From contig WAKA01000155.1 of the NCBI GenBank assembly GCA_015523565.1, positions 1 through 24,040 on the forward strand: DNA of 24,040 nucleotides. Direction: 5' to 3'. Every line of letters starts with the position of its first letter. Position 1 is the stretch's first letter. Source of the DNA: Candidatus Heimdallarchaeota archaeon (GTDB lineage Archaea > Asgardarchaeota > Heimdallarchaeia > Heimdallarchaeales > Kariarchaeaceae). The notes under the pieces are model-generated. The model saw only the letters and a program-made list of their open reading frames with translations. It had not been told where the DNA came from and did not search any database. Positions 17,114 through 24,040 of this stretch are shown piece after piece. Position numbers and translations under genes: made by a program.

Positions 17114-18211
17114 TTAAATTCTTACTATGAATGGGATGTCACTAATCCTTTCTGATGGTTTTTCCCATATCCCTGGTATTTTTGTTAAACAATTCGGACA
17201 TGTACCCTGTTCTGTAATGTTGTATTCGATTACTCTGAACCCTCTTCTTTCAATCAATCGGTTCCCACAATTTGGACAAATGGTGTTTTCCCAATCTTTC
17301 AATCCTGGAAGATTTCCCAAATAAACAAAATTGATCCCTTCTTCTTTGGCGATTCTTGCCGCCTTAAGCAAATCATCTTTTGTAGTATACCTTTTATCAG
17401 TCATTTTATAATCTGGATGGAAAGCAGTAATGTGCCAAGGGATGTCCTTTGAGACTTCTGCGATAAATTGAGCCATTTGCCTAATTTCCTCTTCAGAATC
17501 ATTGAAGTCAGGGATAAGCAAGGTGACAATCTCAAGCCAGAACCCTCTTTTGTAAACCTCTTTGATTCCATTCAAGACATTTTCAAGCTTGGTTCCCAAC
17601 GCTCTGTAATTTTTGTCATTGAATGTCTTTAAATCAATCTTATACATGTCTGTAACTGATCTAATAAAATCAAGAACTTCTGGAGTTGCGTTACCATTTG
17701 ATACATAACCTGTTGCCAGCCCATGCTTTTTTGCCTCAGTAAATACGTCCTTACTCCATTCTGATGTTATCAATGGTTCATTATAGGTTGAAACTATGGT
17801 TCGGGCATTATAGTTGATTGCAGCGTCAATCAATTGTTTTGGAGTTACTTGGATTGGTCGTGTTCCTGCCTGATCATCCCTCAATGTTTGGGAGATTTGC
17901 CAATTTTGGCAGTATGAACAATGCAAGTCACATCCCAGCATTCCATAGGAAAGTGCTGAAGAACCTGGATATGCATGAAAGAATGGTTTTTTCTCAATTG
18001 GGTCGACCTGCCAACTAGCAACATATCCCCAAGGAACCATAAGCTTTCCATCTTTGTTAAATCTCACCCTGCAAATTCCCTTTTTGTTATTTGGAATTCT
18101 ACACTTGTGTGCACATGCAAGACATTGGATATATTCCCTTCCATTGACTTTTAGATGTCTAAAAAGGTCACTTTCTGTAGTCATTTTTGCTAGGGTTGTT
18201 TCGAGATTCAT
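17114..18211 (-). CDS. amrS: AmmeMemoRadiSam system radical SAM enzyme
   Basis: N-terminal C..C...C and GICRVR, DPIEKKP..H, radical SAM motif CDLHCSYC-QNWQISQ, TYNEP, AFHP.YKM, and two C-terminal CPNC knuckles. Confidence 0.93.
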   Translation of the reverse strand: MNLETTLAKMTTESDLFRHLKVNGREYIQCLACAHKCRIPNNKKGICRVRFNKDGKLMVPWGYVASWQVDPIEKKPFFHAYPGSSALSYGMLGCDLHCSYCQNWQISQTLRDDQAGTRPIQVTPKQLIDAAINYNARTIVSTYNEPLITSEWSKDVFTEAKKHGLATGYVSNGNATPEVLDFIRSVTDMYKIDLKTFNDKNYRALGTKLENVLNGIKEVYKRGFWLEIVTLLIPDFNDSEEEIRQMAQFIAEVSKDIPWHITAFHPDYKMTDKRYTTKDDLLKAARIAKEEGINFVYLGNLPGLKDWENTICPNCGNRLIERRGFRVIEYNITEQGTCPNCLTKIPGIWEKPSERISDIPFIVRI

Positions 18212-18236
18212 AGTCGGAATAATATGGATATTTACC

Positions 18237-18250
18237 TATATATATTCTCT
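18237..18250 (-). promoter_or_regulatory. BRE-TATA promoter of amrS
   Basis: On the minus strand AGAGAA is followed by TATATATA (18244-18237), 26 nt from ATG 18211. Confidence 0.55.
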
Positions 18251-18306
18251 GTAAAAGGATATTTTGGAGTGGTTTAATAAAATAATCATCTGGATAAACC
18301 AAAAGT

Positions 18307-19431
18307 TTATTCAAAAACTGCTGGGAGAATACAGAGTCTAATTTTGTTTAACTTTGTATATGTTTTTTTAGTGGGTCTCTTTAAGGGATTCTGCTTGAGA
18401 TTCAGAAAATGTAGGCTGTTAGGTATTTGAATATCATCGGGAATGTTCTTGATTCTATTTTTTTCAAGGTTTAAGTCTCTTAATTCATTTAAGTGAGAAA
18501 TATTTGGAAATTCTGTTAATTCGTTTTGACACAAATCAATAGACTTTATGCTCTTCGGGAAATTGTTAATCTGTTTCAGTTTACAGTTTCTTATGTAAAG
18601 GTGGGTTACATTTTGAGGGCAGTTGAATGTTTTCAGATCCAAATCATCTAATGCGAGGATTTGTATCTTTTGATTCATAATCAATTGAATATCTCCTTTG
18701 CACCCAATAACTTTCAATGTTTTTAACTTAGGAAGAGACTTTATCCAGTTTAATTGCTCCTTGAGCTCAATATTCTTCAATACAATTTCTTTTAAATTTT
18801 TAAATTTTTCTGGATTTTTTACGTAGATATGATGTACTTTTGATAGATGCAATGATTCTAAAAATTTCATTCCTTGTAATTCCACACTTGAACCATGAAT
18901 TGACAGAAATCTTAAATTGTGAAGATGTGGTATTTTTATAGGGTTGTGCGACAAAATTGAAATTGATAAATTTTTCAATTGGGGAAAATTTTCAAGGAAC
19001 GAAAAATCAGTCAAAACCCATGTGTTTATTCCTTCAATACTGAGTGTTTCCAAAAAAAATAGCACTTTTCTTGGGATGTAATTGCTGATAATTTGGTTTT
19101 TGACTTGAATGTTTAGAAAACGTAAATGTTCCAATTCAAAAATTTCTGGAAAAAGTGCTGGAATTGGATTTTTTGTGGTGAACGCGATAATCTCTTTTTC
19201 TTGGTTGACTAAAATATTGAAATGTGAATTTCCAAATTCTTCAATTTCTGTATCATTAAAGACCTGGAACTCAGAAATAATTGAGAACATCATATCTGGA
19301 AAAGTGATCTTTTCACCATTCTCTTCAGTTCTATTGACAAGACGTTCAATTATCTCTACTTTTTTTATTTCTTTTACAGATATGTGGTTCTCTGATGAAA
19401 GGGGTATTAAAACCCCCCCCGCATTGTGCAT
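18307..19431 (-). CDS. Leucine-rich repeat protein
   Basis: Repeated LxxLxL(xxN) units: FPQLKNLSI, LPKLKTLKV, VTHLYIRNCKLKQI, IKSIDLCQNELTEFP, LRDLNLEKNRIKNIP and LHFLNLKQNPL. About 100 N-terminal residues are non-repeat. Start ATG 19431 or TTG 19434. Confidence 0.85.
   Translation of the reverse strand: MHNAGGVLIPLSSENHISVKEIKKVEIIERLVNRTEENGEKITFPDMMFSIISEFQVFNDTEIEEFGNSHFNILVNQEKEIIAFTTKNPIPALFPEIFELEHLRFLNIQVKNQIISNYIPRKVLFFLETLSIEGINTWVLTDFSFLENFPQLKNLSISILSHNPIKIPHLHNLRFLSIHGSSVELQGMKFLESLHLSKVHHIYVKNPEKFKNLKEIVLKNIELKEQLNWIKSLPKLKTLKVIGCKGDIQLIMNQKIQILALDDLDLKTFNCPQNVTHLYIRNCKLKQINNFPKSIKSIDLCQNELTEFPNISHLNELRDLNLEKNRIKNIPDDIQIPNSLHFLNLKQNPLKRPTKKTYTKLNKIRLCILPAVFE
19413..19420 (-). 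repeat. G8 homopolymer in codons 4-7 of the LRR gene
   Basis: CCCCCCCC on the + strand. It is the longest G/C run I saw in this AT-rich window. Confidence 0.6.
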
Positions 19432-19613
19432 CAATTTGTTTTTCTTTATTATCTATAAAAAAAATGTTTGCATTGGATGGATTATTGATTTATTTTTAAA
19501 TAAATTATTGCGCAAATACATCCATTGATGGTTTCACACTAATGGCTTTGAAATAAAAAAAAGCATATTGATCTGCGAAAATTATCATCTATCGGGCAAA
19601 TAATTTTAGAAAG

Positions 19614-20753
19614 ATGGCAAAATTGGCAATTATGATTGATGCACCTACCTCATTGTGTCTAAAAATTTATGAAATTGTTGTAATTGTAATATTGGGCATT
19701 GTGTATGTATTCTTAAGGGGAAGTGAAGCAAATCCCATTCTTGTAGCATCTTTAGGTTTTATTATTGCTTTATGGCTGATACTTAAACCAAGTGAATGGG
19801 CTGTTGAAGGTTTAACCATGCTTGCAGAACGTTTAGGCATTGGAACATATGCCGCAGGCATTGTTGGATCAATTATGGCTAACCTTCCAGAACTTATCCT
19901 TGCCTTGTTGCTTATCCTTAAGGGGCAAAGCAACATTGCAATTCTTACCGTTCTAATTGTTGCAGGTGCCAATACACTGCTCTTCGGTGTTGTTACTGTT
20001 ATGCAAACCAAGAATACAGGTCATATAAAGGTTCCAACAACAACATTAAGATACGAATCAGAGCTAATGATGTTTGCTTTTGTCACATCCCTTTTCCTAT
20101 TGGTTTTCAACTTTGCCGAAAATGTCCGACTTGGTACTCAGGCAGAAGGGGTTAAGATTCCTCTGCTTTTTTCAATAGGGACTGTTGCAATTTATATTGC
20201 TTATATGATTTTTGTGGCAAGTGACAAAGAACTTAATCCAAAGCAAAGCGAGGAATTGAAGGCGGAAATCAGAAAATCCCCTGGTCTGAAATGGGGAAAC
20301 ATTGGTAAATTCCTAATTCTAGGTGTTTTAGGCATTGTCTTGGCAGGTGAACTAATGGCCAATGGTGCGGAATTGTTAATACATGAGGCTGAAATCTCTG
20401 GTCTTAAACTTAATGAAGGTCATATTGCCCTGATTGTGGGTGTTCTAGGTTCCATTCCAGAGTGGGCTGTTGCTCTCAAAGCAAAAGAGGATCCTGAACT
20501 GGTTTTTGGAAGTGTTCTTTCTTCAATTTCTGCAACTATTTTATTCATGATTGGGCTTGTCTCCATTTTTCTCTATGTCCTTGGTCGTGAATTTATTCTT
20601 GATCCTTATGGTCTTGTCCAAATAATGCTATCTGGTGCAATTCTTCTTTTTGTTCAATCATTGATGAAGGATGACCTGAAACTAGATCTTTTTGAAGGTG
20701 TCTGTATCGTCATCTTACAGTTGATTGGATTTGACATTCTCATTTCTGTGTAG
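19614..20753 (+). CDS. Cation/Ca2+ exchanger (CaCA superfamily; Na+/Ca2+ or Ca2+/H+ antiporter)
   Basis: About 11 TM helices in two repeats around a charged loop, with alpha-1 GSIMANLPE and alpha-2 LGSIPEW. Confidence 0.82.
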   Translation: MAKLAIMIDAPTSLCLKIYEIVVIVILGIVYVFLRGSEANPILVASLGFIIALWLILKPSEWAVEGLTMLAERLGIGTYAAGIVGSIMANLPELILALLLILKGQSNIAILTVLIVAGANTLLFGVVTVMQTKNTGHIKVPTTTLRYESELMMFAFVTSLFLLVFNFAENVRLGTQAEGVKIPLLFSIGTVAIYIAYMIFVASDKELNPKQSEELKAEIRKSPGLKWGNIGKFLILGVLGIVLAGELMANGAELLIHEAEISGLKLNEGHIALIVGVLGSIPEWAVALKAKEDPELVFGSVLSSISATILFMIGLVSIFLYVLGREFILDPYGLVQIMLSGAILLFVQSLMKDDLKLDLFEGVCIVILQLIGFDILISV

Positions 20754-20840
20754 TGTTGTTTCGCCTCAATTGAAAATGAAGAGGCATTCACTTTACTGTG
20801 TACATAGTGTTAAATACCTGCTCTGATTATATGTTATATA

Positions 20841-21764
20841 ATGTCGATTCGGAAAGCGGCAAATGAAAAACTTATCTCATCCATTACATTTTATCTTGGA
20901 ACCATATTCTTCCTGTTTTCAGTTTTTTATTCCTCATTTATCACGTCCAACATCATTCTGGTTTCTACATATATGCTAATAATTTCTGGTTTGCTACTGG
21001 TATTTGCCTTTATAAACAATTATAGAATCATACTCCCCTTACTTATTGGCATGGTTGCATTCTCAAGCATCAATTTGGGAATAATTCTTGCGGGGATTGC
21101 AGGATTGGGAAGTCATGAGCCCAATGTTGTATCAGGACTTTCCCGCATTGTCCTTGCTGTTTTCATCATCTGGAAATTAACGGCAGAAATGAGGCATTTG
21201 ACATTGGAAATTGATCCTTTTGCACCTAAAAGGGGGTTCATTGGAAATCTACTTTATGGTATTGTCTTTCCAAAACGTGAATTTTTCAGACTTGTCAAGG
21301 TGATGGTTTTCATCATTGCTGGGTTTTATTTTGTAATGACTGGATTGTCCTTAATCAGTACATCCTCAGTCAATATTGCCTTCTTCCAAAAAACGGAAAG
21401 AATTTCACTTAACATTCTCTTTCTTGGAATGCAAACTCCCATGATGATGGCTTCTAGGGCATCTGTCAGCAGAACCTTTTCAGAGTATCTGAAAAACCTG
21501 CAATGGCTTGATGATTCAATACTTCAGGATGGGTCTGAAGAAATAACAAAAGCTTACAGTGAAATTGCCAATTCATCAGAAATCTCTTTTGACTCCATTA
21601 ACTCAAATGGCAAACACCTATGGATTAGCGTATTCCTTATTCTCTTACTTCAAGCATATGAATCCTATATTTTAAACTGGGATGTTGTTCAAACCATTAA
21701 GTCAATTAATTTAACTGAATTTCTTGCACAAATCATCAATTTTGTTCTGAGTCTTATTGGTTAA
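20841..21764 (+). CDS. Hypothetical polytopic membrane protein
   Basis: About 6-7 hydrophobic segments. TTAAATA lies 25 nt upstream of the ATG. No recognised family. Confidence 0.7.
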   Translation: MSIRKAANEKLISSITFYLGTIFFLFSVFYSSFITSNIILVSTYMLIISGLLLVFAFINNYRIILPLLIGMVAFSSINLGIILAGIAGLGSHEPNVVSGLSRIVLAVFIIWKLTAEMRHLTLEIDPFAPKRGFIGNLLYGIVFPKREFFRLVKVMVFIIAGFYFVMTGLSLISTSSVNIAFFQKTERISLNILFLGMQTPMMMASRASVSRTFSEYLKNLQWLDDSILQDGSEEITKAYSEIANSSEISFDSINSNGKHLWISVFLILLLQAYESYILNWDVVQTIKSINLTEFLAQIINFVLSLIG

Positions 21765-22125
21765 TCCATTTTAACGCTTCATTCCTGTCAGTAAACATTC
21801 TTCGTTTTTTTATCACGTCCGTATTGGCTTCCTTGGACACATGTTTTATCTGCAATCCTCCAATTGCCGATCTAGGGCGTAAAACTGCGGCTTTTCTCAA
21901 CTTTGGAGATCCACTTAATTTTTTCACAACCCTTGTAAAATGATTGCGATCTGCTGTAACCTTGAATTCACTAAGATCCGCAAATAAATCAAATCCCTCT
22001 TCCGCTTCCGATAATATTTTTTCAATATCTTTTTCATAATCTATTATTTCCTCATCATTTAGGAAACCTACAAGCCTTATTGTAATTCTATTTGATAATT
22101 TATCATACGCGACATGATATGTCAT
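21754..22125 (-). CDS. STAS/SEC14 (SpoIIAA-like) domain protein, 123 aa
   Basis: NRITIRLVGFLNDEE...FDLFADLSEFK...LRKAAVL...RMFTDRNEALKWI matches the SpoIIAA-like pattern. The real start is ATG 22125. The longer ORF to 22389 overlaps the opposite gene. Confidence 0.78.
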   Translation of the reverse strand: MTYHVAYDKLSNRITIRLVGFLNDEEIIDYEKDIEKILSEAEEGFDLFADLSEFKVTADRNHFTRVVKKLSGSPKLRKAAVLRPRSAIGGLQIKHVSKEANTDVIKKRRMFTDRNEALKWINQ

Positions 22126-22242
22126 ACTATACTTTTTTAATTTCAAGCAGTTAAGATTTAACTTCAAAAAAACAAACAAAATACTTATTGTAAATTTCAT
22201 AACTGATGAATAAAAAAATAGGACATCAAAACTCCAAGGTTC

Positions 22243-22256
22243 AAGAAGGGTTATAT
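22243..22256 (+). promoter_or_regulatory. BRE-TATA promoter of the second MinD-like gene
   Basis: AAGAAGGG followed by TTATAT, 23 nt before ATG 22280. Confidence 0.5.
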
Positions 22257-22279
22257 GTGTCAAAAAGAACTTTTTGTCA

Positions 22280-23311
22280 ATGGCTGTAGAACGGATTATA
22301 GTTATTACAGGGTCTAAAGGTGGTGGTGGCAAGACCCCTGTGGCAATTTCACTTGCACTGTCCCTTGAAAAACTCAAAGTACCTGTCATGATGAGTGATT
22401 TTAATTTTAATAATGCAGATAGTTTTTCTATTCTTTATGGAACCAATGTCTCACAAAGAAAAAAGAAACGTTGGTTGGGGGAACAAGTAATTAATGGTGA
22501 GGCGGTTTGGCGTATCAGTGAACATCTTTGGTTAACAAAGTGGAAAAGTGTGATAAATCTTGGTTTACCCAGTACAACTGAATTTTGGGAAAAAATCAGA
22601 AAGCTTTCACAGTTGGAATTGGGGGAAAATGGACCTAAAGTAATGGTAATCGACACAAATATGACCATGCCCCTGATTTGTCTTCCAGAACCCAAGGTTC
22701 AAGAGTTCCAAAATCTTCCGATAATTGAGGTCTGGCATCTTTGGTCTCCTTCAATTATCCTACAATTGGGAGAACAGGAACGATTTATTCGTGCCATAAC
22801 CAATCTTAATCGTTTTAGTCAAGGATTTGAAGAGCGTATGGTTCATATTTTTACTCCAAGACATTATACCGCGATTTCCCTAAAAAATACCATGTCTACA
22901 TTATTAAAAGGAGAGTTTTCAATAGGCAAGCAAGTCAAATTCAAACAGACAAATCCAAAACCGATAAAATTCAATGAACTAAAAGATGTCCTGTTTGCCA
23001 ATTTCCTTCCGAATATTCTGAATTATTCCACTTCCAACAAATCAATAGAAGATTTGCTTAATGACTGGTTAAAAAATATCACTAAGAAAATTGAAGAACG
23101 CGAATATAGAACAAATAACATAATCATGGTTCCGACTGTTGTTAACAGTATTGCCTTGCTTGTTGAAGAATTAACACTCAAACCCCGAAAAACATTGAAA
23201 AGCATATCTGAAGACATGGGAACTCTTTTCGAGATTATATTTCAATTCATTGTCACAAATAGGGAGGAATTTGCCGCTTTCAGCTTGTTACCTACGTTGT
23301 TTCAAGAATAG
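22280..23311 (+). CDS. Divergent MinD/ParA-like P-loop NTPase
   Basis: IIVITGSKGGGGKT is a deviant Walker A. Switch I-like MSDFNFNNAD and Walker B-like MVIDTN follow. The C-terminal half is not MinD-like by eye. Confidence 0.72.
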   Translation: MAVERIIVITGSKGGGGKTPVAISLALSLEKLKVPVMMSDFNFNNADSFSILYGTNVSQRKKKRWLGEQVINGEAVWRISEHLWLTKWKSVINLGLPSTTEFWEKIRKLSQLELGENGPKVMVIDTNMTMPLICLPEPKVQEFQNLPIIEVWHLWSPSIILQLGEQERFIRAITNLNRFSQGFEERMVHIFTPRHYTAISLKNTMSTLLKGEFSIGKQVKFKQTNPKPIKFNELKDVLFANFLPNILNYSTSNKSIEDLLNDWLKNITKKIEEREYRTNNIIMVPTVVNSIALLVEELTLKPRKTLKSISEDMGTLFEIIFQFIVTNREEFAAFSLLPTLFQE

Positions 23312-23367
23312 TGCCTATCATTGTTTGTATAACTGTTTTTGTCTTTTTAAAATATCATAATTTCTGC

Positions 23368-24018
23368 TTAAGGCAGAATTAGATTTCTTCTTAATTCAAC
23401 AGGGAGTGCAAATCCCTCTCCCTGCAATTTTTGCAATGCACTTTCCACTGCCTCCTCCATAATTTGTTTCAAAAAACTTTCATGTTCTTCGCGATGAAGT
23501 ATTTGCTTTACCAAAGGATCAGTCAATTCTTCATCCAAAATGAGATATACCTTTCCTCCTTCATTGGTCTTTTGCAATAAAAGTTTTCTTGCTTTTGTTT
23601 TTTCAATATTGCAATCCAATGACACTGTATTCCCCTTATCAACTTTATTCAATAACTTTCCTTGTTCAATTAATTTTTCAAATAAATTGTCGAAATATGG
23701 TATTATGCTTGAGATTCTTGCTTGACTGATCTCTAATGCAACTTCTGCTTCAATTTGCATTGATTTGGTGAAATGATCCAATAATTCCATGATTTTTTGT
23801 ATTCCCTCAAGAGGAATTCCCATGATACGTATCTTTTCAATTTCTATATTGTTATTTTGATGTAACTTAAGAAAAAAAACCTTGAACTTTCCTATTCCTT
23901 TCAAATTTAACTGCCATTCTGTATCTCTAACCTTGTCCAAAATTTTTTCAATGTTTCCACTGCATTCACTTGCATTTGATTGTAAATTCAAAGCTTCGAT
24001 GATGATTGAAGCAGTTAA
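23368..24018 (-). CDS. Hypothetical protein, 5'-truncated at the contig end
   Basis: Open frame of more than 215 codons that runs into the adapter. The apparent start MCIRDR is adapter-encoded. Confidence 0.7.
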   Translation of the reverse strand, partial: LTASIIIEALNLQSNASECSGNIEKILDKVRDTEWQLNLKGIGKFKVFFLKLHQNNNIEIEKIRIMGIPLEGIQKIMELLDHFTKSMQIEAEVALEISQARISSIIPYFDNLFEKLIEQGKLLNKVDKGNTVSLDCNIEKTKARKLLLQKTNEGGKVYLILDEELTDPLVKQILHREEHESFLKQIMEEAVESALQKLQGEGFALPVELRRNLILP

Positions 24019-24019
24019 C

Positions 24020-24040
24020 CTGTCTCTTATACACATCTGA
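24020..24040 (+). other. Untrimmed Nextera/Tn5 mosaic-end adapter (sequencing artefact)
   Basis: Exact CTGTCTCTTATACACATCT followed by GA, at the very end of the sequence. Confidence 0.97.

Noticed and set aside
17114-18211. Pyruvate formate-lyase activating enzyme annotation
   Set aside because: DPIEKKP, the N- and C-terminal Cys clusters and the nearby MEMO1 indicate AmrS. No glycyl-radical enzyme is present.
22126-22389. N-terminal extension of the 211-aa minus-strand ORF containing PPPP
   Set aside because: It is the antisense of the Walker A codons (GGT GGT GGC) of the opposite gene plus intergenic DNA. The SpoIIAA-like domain starts at ATG 22125.
24020-24038. Tn5/IS50 end as a real mobile element
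   Set aside because: It is the synthetic mosaic end, sits at the sequence terminus and continues as the adapter (GA). No transposase or second end is present.

Overview
AT-rich, densely coding archaeal window, most likely from an Asgard archaeon of the Heimdallarchaeia type. This is inferred from two longin-domain proteins, an LRR protein, an Rpc34/TFE-beta homologue, Trm1, DUF61, BRE-TATA promoters and an SCO copper chaperone. It holds about 25 complete CDSs, two partial CDSs at the edges and an intron-less tRNA-Leu(TAA). Recognisable genes are an S10 carboxypeptidase, lipA, an Lrp regulator, a glycosyltransferase, SCO, trm1, rlmE, a LeuA-family synthase, the AmmeMemoRadiSam MEMO1 and radical SAM components, a Xaa-Pro peptidase and a CaCA exchanger. 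The most interesting candidates are (i) a translationally coupled MinD/ParA ATPase plus longin-winged-helix pair, (ii) a second degenerate MinD-like ATPase divergent from a SpoIIAA-like protein, and (iii) a longin protein with a C-x5-C motif and a basic amphipathic tail next to MEMO1. The last 21 nt are an untrimmed Nextera adapter. I saw no CRISPR array, transposase or integrase. All family calls come from reading motifs by eye, not from database searches.
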